A DNA stretch of 55,251 bases, counting the filler, from Sphacelaria rigidula (Eukaryota): the NCBI GenBank assembly GCA_964200075.2. It is 5 parts of 5 records of this genome, joined end to end, with 100 filler letters (N's around TTAATTAATTAA, not from the genome) between each part and the next. Parts side by side here need not be neighbours in the genome. Positions count along the whole stretch, not along the records: positions 1 to 10,971 come from CAXNAA020005605.1; positions 11,072 to 22,041 come from CAXNAA020005606.1; 3 more parts are not named here. The stretch is one strand, 5' to 3'. The position numbers and the translations under genes were made by a program. The notes under the pieces were generated by a model, which had not been told where the DNA came from, ran no database searches, and saw nothing but the letters and a program-made list of their open reading frames with translations. Positions 1 to 11,549 of the stretch are shown here, one piece after another (the first letter of the stretch is position 1; every line of letters begins with the position of its first letter).

Positions 1-35
1 CCGGCAAAACGCGCCCTCGGACGGGGGGCGGGGGG

Positions 36-39
<4 letters not shown>

Positions 40-76
<37 letters not shown>
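40..76. repeat. poly-G run near the contig start
   Basis: About 37 consecutive G residues; could be a sequencing artefact. Confidence 0.8.
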
Positions 77-77
<1 letters not shown>

Positions 78-224
78 CGTAACTCTCTCTCCCTAAGAGC
101 CCTGGCCTTCCCCTCCACACACGCCCATTTGCAAGGGGATGGGGATTATGATGGTTCACAGGTCCCTTGGTTCTAGTGTACTGTGAGCAACGATTTCGTG
201 TAAGGGTGCTGTAGGGGTGCTGCC

Positions 225-484
225 TGTGACGAAAATACGCCGTCCCGTTGAGTTGATAGTGATGATATGGATAATAACTGAGGGCACGGAGATTCTGGAA
301 GGTTCTGGATAATGACCGGGGACACGAACATGGTACATGTTGCTCTACAAACGCTCGTACCTTAGAAGGTCACTCCTGAATAATGAGCACGTTGTAAAGG
401 CTGACGACTGAAACTGAGGCCAGTAAGACTGGGGAGTCCCTCAACAGCAGTGATCCACCAGTCCTTCTTCTGGCTGGCGTCACA
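225..484 (+). repeat. 5' LTR
   Basis: Colinear with 4377-4636; about 29 substitutions in 260 bp by hand count; TG...CA ends. Confidence 0.95.
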
Positions 485-779
485 ATATCGATATTGATTT
501 TAGTGTTAGTGCTAGAAACCTGCTGGAAAGGATTTCGGCGGAGAAGTCTGTAGGCTGAGGACAACCTGAAGCATCACAGACGCGTGAGGGCGGTCCAGCT
601 GAGGCAGCTCCAGAAAGGCGGCTGGCCTGTGATTGATCCAGACGGGAGACTTGCTGAAGCTGCGTGCAGCGGGAGTTTGGAGGCTCCTACGACTGTGTGG
701 TGCGGCGACGAAGCAAGGAAGGTGCAATCCGCGAAGGTCCGCTGGCCTGCAAAAGGTTCGCAGATAGTCGGTTACGGCT

Positions 780-1137
780 ATGGCGACACCCGTGGTCATG
801 CGAAAAGAGTTGCGACCTCCCCAATATAGAGATAGGTACTCAAAAAGTGTATCTCACACTTTTATTACGAAGTACTTTGAGTACGAGAAGCGCGTAGAGC
901 ACGCTCAGCAGGGGGTGCTGTGGGGCATCAGGTGGTGCAATGGCTCAACAAGGGTCAACTTATGTGCAGAGAGTGTTTGCTCGTTTGGAGTATAAGAAGA
1001 TCACAATCACCTCGCCGCCATTGGTTGCGGCGATCAGAAAGCATGCTGAGCATGCGGCGGGCACTTGCCACTGTTGTGGCCAGGTCGGCTATTACGCCCG
1101 CGATTGCCTAACGTCTCCCGGTGGAGAGTCTGAGTAG
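780..1137 (+). pseudogene. gag: gag remnant with zinc knuckle
   Basis: CHCCGQVGYYARDC matches CX2CX4HX4C with His replaced by Tyr; reading frame fragmented. Confidence 0.7.
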
Positions 1138-1190
1138 TCTCATGCCGCGCGCCATGAGCATCGTCAGCACAAGGAAAAAACACGAGGTTA

Positions 1191-1242
1191 TTGGGGTGGC
1201 GCCGGCGGATCCTCCGACGGTGGAGGGCCGCAGTCGAGTCCT

Positions 1243-1273
<31 letters not shown>

Positions 1274-2936
1274 GGCAGCGGCGTCAGCATGGGCCTGGCT
1301 CTGGGTCCAGCGCTGCCGTAGGTGCTGCTGCTCCGCAACGGGCGGTGCAGGTGGGACCGACTTTTACAGTGTCGAACACTGCGCCGGCGCGGTGGTGGCG
1401 CCGGCGGCGTCACCGGCAGCACCGCCAGGCGCGACGCCTGTTGATGCGCTGGTCGAAGGTTCGCCAAATTCTTGGTCTTTTGCCTGGGGTTCATATCCAC
1501 CAGCGGTGCCGTTTGAACCCGCCGGGGTGTCTCCGCCTGCGCAGCTTGCACAGCCGTGGCGTCAAGTGGGATTAACGGCGCATTGGTCGACGGACGAAGT
1601 GCCGGTGGAGTTTGCGGACAGATACATCCCTGCGGAGTTGTGTCTTCCGAATCAACGGCAGCGTGGAGTCATTGCGTTTAAGGCTAAGTGGGATTCTGGC
1701 GCCCACTGGACCGATCATGTGAGTCTGTCGGTACAGATTGTAGAGATGTTGGAGCGTCTTCTCCCGGGTGCGCCGCTGCGCATTCCGGTTTCGCTCGGGG
1801 CGCGGCAGACCGTCACCGGGTCGTGTCAGCATATTTACGTTACGAAGCGCACTGTTCCGCTGCAGCTGACTTTTACGACTTCCTGGGGGCCGGCGCAGTT
1901 GCGTCCGATCTCTTTTGTGCTCATGCCGGACTCGGATGGCGTTATTCTCATGGGGTCGCCGACGCTTCAGGATATTGAAGTCGACGCTCGGTGGTTGTGG
2001 GGCTCCATGAAGACGCGGATGTCTCCGTCTGGTCTGCGCTTGGAGATGCCCGCCGTTTTGGGCAGTCGTCGCGTGAGCTGGTCGGTGGATGCTTTTCAGG
2101 AGACTGGGGGGCAGGTGACCGAGGAGCGGGATGCGGCGGTGGAACGCTTAGTAGAGCGTGTCCCGGAGATATTTATTGAACCGGCTGAGGAGGAATACGC
2201 TCGGAAGGTCGCGCTGGAGGAAAGCGTGACGGATGCTGCGGCGAAAAGTCTCAGCGTCTCAAAAGCAAAGCGCCTGCGCGGCATATTGCATTGCCGCGTC
2301 AACACGTTTCGTCGTGCGCTGCGGGGTGATCTCTCTGCGCGCGTGGAGACCATGCGTGTTCAGCTAAAACCTGGGGCGTCCGCGTCGAAGACGAAGCCGC
2401 GGCGGTACGATCCAGCGAAGTCGAGTTGGTTGGCGTTGTGCAAGACTGCTCTTTTGGCGCTCGGGTTGGTGTTACGGAATATGCAGGCGGGGTGGTCCAG
2501 TCCGGGTATGGTGTTTCCGAAAAACGTTGCATCGTGGACGGAGGGCAAGCTGCAGGCGCGGGCGGCAGCGAAGGATCTGGTGGCTCATGCCGTGACACTG
2601 TTTCATCCTCATCCTGATTGTCAGGTGTCTATGTTCCCGGCATCTAGGTGCCATTGGGGTAGTTTGGTCATGCAGGTGCCTACATTTGAAATCCAAATGC
2701 CTGTGCGCGCTGTGGCTGTATATGGTCCGTGTGAACCTGATGACTCGATGCCGTCCAAATCTGTCGTCCGCCAAGCACAACGAAAACACCTTGGGGCCGA
2801 AGATGCAGACGTGCAATCTTTCGAGTCGGACGTTGGTACTGTTACCTTGGACAATGAAGCCCTGTTTCGTGTGCATGTGCGTGGCCGAAACGTTTTGTGG
2901 ATTCCAAGCTCGACAAGCAGTCGCAGGTACGTCTGA
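1191..2936 (+). pseudogene. pol: pol ORF: aspartic protease, RT N-terminus fused to RT connection/RNase H start (RT core absent)
   Basis: AKWDSGA protease motif. RVQLKPGA...KPRRY...GLV...WSSP is the RT start; it runs directly into WTE...AKDLVAHAVTLFHPHP...HWGSLVMQ. No YxDD motif. Confidence 0.85.
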
Positions 2937-4300
2937 TGATTTGCGCGCGCATGCGCGACGCCGGGCATCGTGGTGTGGCTGCGGCGCTCGTGCGCTTGCA
3001 AGACTTCTGTGTCTGGCAGGGAATAAAAACTCATGTGGGAAAATTCGTCCGCCAGTGTCTCCACTGTGCTGACTCGAAGGCGGGGCATGTTGTTCCCGCC
3101 CGCTCGGCGAAACGGTCCACGAGACCATGCCGAATGAAGTCGTCCATTTTGACTTTTTGTACGTGGGCGAGAGTGGCCCGCTAGCTTCTCAAGGTTTATC
3201 GGAGGATGCTAGGTTTCGATGAATTTTGGTAATCATGGATGATTTGAGCAACTTCGTGGCTCTGGAACCAGTAGCAGTGCGTACTGCTGAATCGACTGCT
3301 GCATCTTTACTAAATTGGTGCAAAACTTGGGGGGTGCCGCGTGTGTGGGTGAGTGATACCGCCACGCATATGAAGAATACAATCTTGGCCTGATTGCGAG
3401 AGGATTTCCACGTTGATCACCAGTTTACGGTGGCGTATTCTCCGTGGTCTAACGGTACGTGCGAACGCATGCTTGAGGAAGTAGTCCGTGCTCTTCGTTC
3501 TATTCTTCTCGAGCAGCGTAGAGCAGTTTCCGAGTGGGTGGACGTGTTGCCGGCGGTGTGATGGGCGCTCAATACAGCGTATCGTCGTCGGTACGATAGT
3601 ACGCCGTACCACGTGATGTTTGGTCGTGCCCCTCGGACGTCTTTCTCGGTGCTGGCGCCTTCGTCGGCGGGGGAATGGAAATGTGATGTTTTGGACAAGG
3701 TTCAAATGAAGAGTGCAGTGCAAGGAGTGTTGGACTTGCACAAACGCTTCCACGTTCAAGTGCAGGAACGTGTTGCAGCTGAATGTGTGCGTAGATGTGA
3801 GAAGTTCTGGTCGGGGCTGCAACTGCCGGATTTTGAGGGAGGCAGCTATGTCTTGTACGCACGCGTGCGTCGTCCAGGTGTTACGCCCAAGTTGATGGCG
3901 ACGTGGACTGGTCCATGGAGAGTACTTGATGCTCACAACCCGCTCGTGTTTGGGATTCAGAACATTGTTCCGGGTCGTGTTCAGACTGCCCATGTAGCTC
4001 GCTTGCGGTTATGCGGACTCGCAGCTTAATGTTTCGGTTGACGTTAAGGTCGTGTTCCAGCATGCTTTCAATCAAGGGTAATTTCAGATGGCTGGTATTG
4101 TCCGAGTGGCAGAAGCATATGATCGTTCGTTGATCGTGTTGGTCGACTTGGTTGGTTTCGAAGTTGCGGAGCGTACGAGGGAGCCTTTCAAGGATAGTTT
4201 TGAGATCTCTCCAGAATTTTTTACTAAATAGTTGCGTAAATTGCGCGTGACTCGTGCCCTCGCTGCTTGCATTTCGAGTGAGTTTGGCATTCAATTGTGT
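2897..4300 (+). pseudogene. integrase (HHCC + DDE) and chromodomain-like tail, with stops and frameshifts
   Basis: GHRG...FCVWQGI...VRQCLHC; VHFDFLY; VIMDDLSNF; VSDTATH; YSPWSNGTCER; KLMATWTGPWRV; terminal LVDLVGF...TREP. Confidence 0.9.
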
Positions 4301-4376
4301 GACTTACTTATCGTTTTGGCATTTTCCATGTGTCACGCTCGTTAATCGATTTTCGAACAACGCGCTTTGGGGGTGC

Positions 4377-4636
4377 TGTGACGAAAATACGCCGTTACGT
4401 TGAGTTGGTAGTGATGATATGGATAATGACTGGGGTCACGGGGATCCTGGAGGGTTCTGGATAATGACCGGGGACACGCAGATGGTGCATGTGGGTCTAG
4501 AAGAGCTGGTGCCTTGGAAGGTCACTCCTGAATAATGAGAATGTTGGGAAGGCTGACAACTGAAACTGAGGCCTGTAAGACTAGGGAGTCCCTCAACAGC
4601 AGTGATCCACCAGTCTTTCTTCTGGCTTGCGTCACA
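4377..4636 (+). repeat. 3' LTR
   Basis: Direct repeat of 225-484, followed by TSD TGCC. Confidence 0.95.
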
Positions 4637-4770
4637 TGCCATACGCTCGTCTCGATCTCATGTGGCCACTTTGTTTTCAAGTGTATTATTCTGGACAACA
4701 TTACTTCAATCGGAAATTAAGATAAAGTCGATACCAGCGCCATCTGATTCGAGGTTGAAACAAACAGTAT

Positions 4771-5023
4771 TGTAATGCGTGAGAGAACCGCGTGCTTAGA
4801 GGACCGCATTGGAATTTGAACACATCTATGGTTAGGGTTAGGGTTAGGGTTAGGGGTAGGATTAGGGTTAGGATTAGGGTTAGGGTTAGGGTTAGTGTTG
4901 GGGTTAGGGTCAGGGGTGTGGTACCTGCAGCGACTGACCCGATTGGTTTTAAATAACGTCGATGCTGAGGTATTTCGAACTACGGCGCGGTCCTCTAAGT
5001 TCGCGATCCTCTCACGCATTACA
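4771..5023. mobile_element. MITE carrying telomeric repeats (TGT...ACA ends, 5-bp TSD)
   Basis: 37-bp inverted repeats (tgtaatgcgtgagag...cttagaggaccgc, 33/37 match). TSD AGTAT at 4766-4770 and 5024-5028. Confidence 0.85.
4830..4915 (+). repeat. interstitial (TTAGGG)n array
   Basis: About 14 perfect and variant TTAGGG units. Confidence 0.95.
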
Positions 5024-7380
5024 AGTATTGTCAGCAGGTGGAGTCATTCTCCACAGACCGGAGTGTTGCCTAGTAAACCAGAGACGAGGCTGAGGTAAAA
5101 AAAACGCTCTTAGCCGTCGGGATCTCTCCCAGAAGCTCGAGTGTCTGACTTGAATTCGCTGATGTTGACTTCGTTGCCCCCCATGAGGAGAACTTGGATG
5201 TGGAGACTGCGCATTCTCAGTGACAACAGTAGTCACTGTATTTCGAATTATGTTGTCTTCCCAGACACAATGTCGCTCGAGAATGAAAACTGGCCACTTG
5301 TTCTCAAGATGGGCATTTTTTCAGGCGCATATATTCGCGATAGTTCCAAAAGGTCGCAACTCGCAAGTCGTATAGTAGGTCTACATGCTGTAAGACTCTT
5401 ACCTTTTGTATAAACTGGTCAGGGAAAGCTTGTCCTATCTAACGCTATAGTTTCTATGCGATCTCGTGAACACGGGATTACAGTTTCGAATGGTTTCGAA
5501 AGAGTAAATAGCCCCAGACTATGGAATCAACATCAAGTTTTGTGCGGATTTCATGCTGCTTCTCCCAATTTGACTGTAAGGTTGTGACGAGTGACTGGCA
5601 ACCGTCGGCACAGCCGGGAACATATGCTCCGCTATTGCGAGCAAGATGGTCGCTGACCAAAAGCCGTCGATTTTATGCGTGACACGTGCCTCTCCGCCTC
5701 AAGAATATACCGCTGCTCTACTACTACGGCACTCTCCTTACAGTTAGAACTGTTTGCTCGACATCGTTTTGGTTAAACGTTGCTCGTGCAATGACTCCGT
5801 GTGTGTTGCGTTTTTCGAAAGTAGGTAGACCTCGCTAAGTTCTGCTGCACAAGAGTCTTTCGAATCTTGATGGAAGCTATGCTGAGCAACGCTGCCATGG
5901 AGCGCTCCCGGCCTCCAGGGTCGGGAATTCAAGTCTGCTTCATCCAAACATCAGGCGAGAGGAATTATGATGAGATGGATCCCGTCAACTGTGACTCCAT
6001 TCTTGTTTGGCAATGAAGTAGGTAGAGAGCGACATTGGTACACACTGGTATACCCTCAGGTATCGTACACAAACGTCGCAGAAACCACTCAGTGCCGGTG
6101 ATCTGTTAGAAATGCATGCGAACCGGCCAAGGACGTTCCGGCATTTCGCTGCCTTCGCGGATGGCGTTTGACATGACTGAGCTTGTGGTAAGGGTGAGAA
6201 TGATTGCTGCCATAGGGCCCGGAGAACTCGCCAAGACCAGAGAGGAACGTGCTCACGGGGTGACCATGTTCCCACGGCTGGCTAGAACGCGACTGTTGCT
6301 CACGTGCTCTTTGGTGCTTCACTCGCACGTCTACCTCCGCGATCATGCCCATCAAACTACCCGCTCGTCGTTTCTACTGCTAATACGGGCTCCGAGGTTT
6401 ACGCGCACGAGACACTGCCGTATCTCAAAGCGCCAACAGGCACGAACCGAAGCGCATACGTTGCTGTCGCCGAAAATCCCAATGCGCAGTTCTAACCCGA
6501 GGATCCGTCCCACGTAATGTGTTAAAAACTCTGCGCTGCCGCCCTCCGAAGATAGAACATGAGATCAACTACGTGCCACAGTAGACGCCTCTAACTCTCC
6601 TGTGCAGGTTCGGCTTTCCGAGCTTCTGTGTTTTCGTAGCACTTCATCGGACAGTATTTTTCGGCACAACGCGGTACATGAACTTGCTTGAGTGGTACTT
6701 AAGTACACAACGGAGTTCTGCTATTGAAGTCGCTAGTACTCAGAGTCGCGACTGTTCGAGTGGCCCTGCTATGGTGGCGGGTGTCTCAGCAACACATATG
6801 AATCGCTCTGTTTCCCTCTTATCCCCTTGCCGGTAATACCTGCAGTCTTAGCTGCCAAGCGACCTTTGCACTGGGCGGGCGATGTGGGCACGTATACGTG
6901 GTGTCAGGTGGGGCATTGGATCAGCCAGGCACCTGGATTGTTTTCGCGTTCTTGATTCTAAGGTGACTACCAAAGTGAGTTTGCTACACAAGTGAAACAA
7001 AATGTCGTAGCGGATCACTAGGTAGTCTTGAAGAGAATGTTGCCAGAGGATAAGAATCTTTCTGTCTCGTAATGAAGTTGTCTGGGTTGCTGCTTTCAAC
7101 TGGTCCACGTTCGACAAAACTTTTGCTAGCTGCAGCGAACTACACGCTCACGGGGATGCGCGCAACAGGCATAGCTCCGGAGAACTTGAAGAAAAGCGCT
7201 CGAATCATCAAGAGAAAACTCGTGAGCACATCGTGGAGAAGGATTCTCAGGCCGATCACCTGGGCAAGCAACATACCCAAAGATCACTCACCACCCCGTG
7301 TGGTTCCTGTTGCCGTAGTGTTGTTGTGGTTGGTGATAAAAATAGGACATCTATCGGATAAGCATATTGTCCAAGATAAA

Positions 7381-7610
7381 GTGTGTGTTGTCATTCCATC
7401 GATTCTGGAAGCCAGCCTACACCTCTCGGTTTATGTGGGCGCACCAGCCGGGGTCACACAGGAGGAAGGCCAAGACAGGAGTTTTTCGTTTCCATTTGTT
7501 CAGTTCTCCACATTCCTTTTGCGGTGCTTGTCTTATTTAGCTATTTATTTTACCGAGAGAGGGGTTCAGCATTCCCTTTCCCTCGTCGACCGTGGAGTCG
7601 AATTTTGAGT
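7381..7610 (-). mobile_element. SINE-like retroposon family B
   Basis: Shares core gtgggcgcaccagccggggtcacacaggaggaagg and a (TG)n end with 54153-54471, and in reverse with 44385-44490. Confidence 0.7.
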
Positions 7611-7855
7611 GCACTTCAGAACAACCGCGCTACGTTTGCCGGTAGTATGTCATAACGGGCACGATGATTCCTAACCGCGGTTGTCAAAGCATGCAGTTTG
7701 AATCGCGAGAATCCACGAGTGTCGTGTAGGTTTACGTCGGCTTTCATTCCCTAAGACGAGCAACTGGTTGTCAATTGTGCCGACTTTTCTCCCGTATTCC
7801 ACTGCCCCTGAAGACATACCCGCGGTCGAAGCAAGTGCACCAATCATGCTTGAAG

Positions 7856-8284
7856 CACGGGATTTTACGAATTGGGGATGGATCTTTTATTGGGGGTGAA
7901 AACCCGGAGGGTTAAAATCTTCGTATCCACACCAAATCTTCGAAGTATGCTTTCATCTCTTCACCTGCTGGTAGCTATTGACATTTACCACACGCCATAT
8001 AAACTCGGATTTCGATAACCGAAATATTAGGGTCCTAGGTAGAAAACCAATTTTGGCGTCCGATCGGATACCTAAAATCCCCCCCAAATGTTTTTTTTCA
8101 CCTAGGACGCCGACAATTTGGTTATCGAAATCCAAATTCGTATTGCGTGTAGTAGTCATCAATAGCTACCAGAAAATGAAGAAATGGAAGCATACTTCGA
8201 AGATTTGGTGTGGGTACAAAGATTTTAATCCTCCGGGTTTTCATCCCCAATAAAAAATCCATCCCCAATTCTTAAAATCCGGAG
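7856..8284. mobile_element. palindromic MITE family 1 (CACGGG ends)
   Basis: ~200-bp imperfect inverted arms; further copies at 9025-9245, 11140-11533 and 19345-19863. Confidence 0.9.
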
Positions 8285-9024
8285 TTTTGATCTGTACCGT
8301 CCAGACACATATCGGGATTGCCGTGGTCAAACAGGCGTTCAAAACAAAACGGGAAGCTTTCTCCGCTGTAAGCTTGGATTAGGACTGTGCGATCAAACAA
8401 GAGAGCCCCCTTCAGATTCCTCAAGTCTCAAGGTGCTTATGTTATCTGAGTCCCCAAGCGCTTCGCCTCTTCCTGATGGAGAGCTCGATGCCAGCAAGCC
8501 CACGTGCGACACACATGGATACAGGATGCGTACAGCAAAGGTTTCCGTAATAACAGCTGTAGAGACAGTGAAGACTGCGGGCAGTGTGTTTTTCTTTCGT
8601 TTCCGCTGCTACTGAGCTACAGCAAAGCCAACACATCCTCCTGACGTCAATATCAGCACCGGAGCAGCGCCCTCTTGAACTCCATGCACATCACGCGTTT
8701 GCGGTATCCTCGAGTCAGCAGTTCGGTCCACTTGTTGAGGTAAACCCATATCAAACTACAGCCGCACGGTCTACCGTCCGTGCTTTTTGTCGGCAGTTGG
8801 CTGTCGGAAGATCACTTTCGGGTTCTCAGGTTCCTTGAGTGACATGCTCGAATCCCAGGACATCCTTCTCGATTGCAACTTCAAAACACTCATCGCCGGA
8901 GTTAAACGACTTGTCGCAGTGGACACAAAAAATCCGGCGACGCGGCGCTGGTGGGCAGGTTTTCTTGCGAACCTTGTAAGGATTGCCGTCACATTTCGCT
9001 CGTTCGTCGGTGCACCGTTCCGTT

Positions 9025-9245
9025 TCAGATCGCCGAAATTTCCCAAAATTGTTTCTTCACCTAGGACTCCAACATTTTGGTCGTCGAAATCTAAATTTGT
9101 ATGGCGTGTAGTAGTTGTCAATGGCTACCAGCAAGTGAAAAAATGGAACCATATGTCGAAGATTTGGTGTGTGGATACAAAGATTTTAGTTATCCGGGTT
9201 TCTCATCCTCAATAACAAGTCCATCCCCAAGATGTGAAATCTCGT
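9025..9245. mobile_element. MITE family 1, right arm only
   Basis: Aligns with 8060-8284. Confidence 0.85.
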
Positions 9246-10696
9246 ATTATAGGCGAACGTGCGTAACCCCATTGGAAAATGCGTGCTGTATCAGGAAGGG
9301 AGTGGTCCCTAATCTTGATGAAGGTCATCTGTCAAACATCAATCAGCGAAATTCGCGCCTGTAAAGTTGTATAAAAAAACGCAGAAAGTGCGACTTCCAT
9401 CGTCAACAAGCATCTCACACCAAGTGTTCACCAAGGTGATGCAGCCAAGGTATTCCGCTCAGCAACCGGAATACGTTCCAGCAGCTAGACTTCGTTCTGA
9501 TTTAGAACCCTGCTTTCCATCGCGTCGCGAGGTGCCTTTATAAAGATACTACGATCGTTGTCCGATGCCCGCCCCACGGCTGGACTTGCGGTAGGAGCAT
9601 GATGCGACGCTGATCGAATCCCGTAGGCCTGTCTGCAAGTTGTGGCGCTACGCTACTTCGGGGATATCCACTGCCCCCACCGCCACCTGGATATGCCTCT
9701 ATCGCACATTCGCAGAATCCCAAAACGTGGTCGCTAGGTGGACGGAGAAACCGTCCAGCTTTTTTGAGTCTGCGGCATGCACTAAAGTGCGCACAAAACA
9801 AGCTCCCGGAGAAACGATGCAAAACGCGGTTTCGGTGATGTCGAGCGGATGGCTCAGAGTCCGTTGGTCCCTGTCGTCAGGACCAGCGCATGATGCGGCC
9901 CTCTGATCTGTGCGGATTCGACTGTCGGTGATTGCCCAGCCGCTGGTGATACACACTTTTCCAGGCGTTCGTTGGAGAGATTGCGTAATTCTACGCATTT
10001 ACCAGCGGTTATAGGAACTGCTAACCGTCGCTCAGTCCACTCACCATGCCGACGAACACAAGACCTAATTTTCATGATCGTGATCGCAACTGAACAGCAA
10101 TCGGTTATTCGCTCTAACAGCCTGAGCTCTTTCTCCACCTACCTTGTCTATCCGCTCGTCGGAAAGGTTCCTCGCCTATATCCTGGTTACATGTTGCTCT
10201 CCCGGCTGCAGCAGCGCCAAGTTGGGGGAGAGGTAGATATTGACGCCGCCTTGACCTCTGACGAAGAGTCGGCATTGGGCATATGTAGAGGTGATTTGCA
10301 TCGTCTCCGGCCATCGTCGGAATGAGCACCCAGCGTCGCACCCCATAGGTGGCAGCCTATAAAACAATGTCAAATATGCCTGGCAACGCTGACCCACTCG
10401 TATGATCGGGGGGTCATAAACCGGTGCACGTCGCCGCGGCCATCCTGTTCCATGGGGCGTTGCACGGTCGGACTGCCTTGTGCGTGGGAGTCTAGAAAGT
10501 ACATCTTGTCATTTATTATGAATCGTTAATTATTTCTGCCAGCACTCTGCCCTACACCGCCCTGCATCAATGGTGGGGAGTCACTGGGGTTGGTGCGCGC
10601 AACGGTGGTGTAACGAGGTAGTGAGCGAGAAAAGTGCATGTTTCCGTCATCGCCGGCACTAGTCTAGCCACCAAGCTTCCTGGACTCTGATCAAAA

Positions 10697-10757
10697 CCAT
10701 TCTACTCGACGTGATCACTCCATTCTACTCGACGTGATCACTCCATTCTACTCGACG
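10697..10757. repeat. 23-bp tandem repeat, about 2.6 copies
   Basis: Unit ccattctactcgacgtgatcact. Confidence 0.9.
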
Positions 10758-10971
10758 GGACGACCATGGCCGTGGCGGGAGCACAGCCTTTGGGCGCAGA
10801 AACCAACCCGAACGACGCCGATGTCATGTGAGGATGATGCCCATGTTAGTACTGTGTATTTTCGACGACGTGTTTCCCCCACCGTACACTCCTCGTATAT
10901 TAACAACAAATTGTGAGAATTGTTGTTTAACTTCGAGATGAGGCTCAAGCCTAAAACAGTGCTTTCCCTAC

Positions 10972-11071
10972 NNNNNNNNNNNNNNNNNNNNNNNNNNNNN
11001 NNNNNNNNNNNNNNNTTAATTAATTAANNNNNNNNNNNNNNNNNNNNNNNNNNNNNNNNNNNNNNNNNNNN
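10972..11071. other. artificial contig spacer
   Basis: N44-TTAATTAATTAA-N44. Confidence 0.97.
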
Positions 11072-11139
11072 GATTGACCGCTTTTCACTCTCAATCGTAT
11101 CATCTACTCTCAATCTCACGAAAACACTTTTTCTTGGCG

Positions 11140-11549
11140 TGAGATTGGACACCTAAAATCCACCAAGTTGGTTTTTATCCTGGGACCTCGACATTTCGGT
11201 TATCGTAATCCAATTTTCTATGGCGTGTAGTAGTTGTCAATAACTACCGGCGAGTAAAGAAGTGGAGGCATACTTCCAAGATTTGGTGTAGATACCAAGA
11301 TTTTGATTCTCCGGGTTTTCATCCCCAACAAAAGATCCATCTTCAATTTGTAAAATCCCGTGTTGGTGGGTGCGCTGGATCCAATTTTCTATGGCGTGTA
11401 GTAGTTGTCAATAACTACCGGCGAGTAAAGAAATGGAAGCATACTTCCAAGATTTGGTGTGGATACCAAGATTTTAATTCTCCGGGTTTTCATCCCCAAC
11501 AAAAGATCCATCCTCAATTTGTAAAATCCCGTGTTGGTGGGTGCGCTGG
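11140..11549. mobile_element. MITE family 1 right arm, tandemly duplicated with 16 bp of flank
   Basis: 11208-11378 is repeated at 11379-11549; both end cccgtg-ttggtgggtgcgctgg. Confidence 0.85.

Larger units (their letters stand above)
225..4636 (+). mobile_element. Ty3/gypsy LTR retrotransposon, complete ends but internally deleted (non-autonomous)
   Basis: Two 260-bp direct repeats (225-484, 4377-4636) with TGTGACG...CGTCACA ends. 4-bp TSD TGCC at 221-224 and 4637-4640. G-rich tract before the 3' LTR. Domain order: gag knuckle, protease, RT/RNase H remnants, integrase, chromodomain-like. Confidence 0.95.

Noticed and set aside
4830-4915. True chromosome end or fusion scar
   Set aside because: The array is short, single-orientation and enclosed by TIRs with a TSD.
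11016-11027. TTAATTAATTAA recurring every ~11 kb as a biological motif
   Set aside because: It is always centred in identical N runs, so it is an assembly linker.
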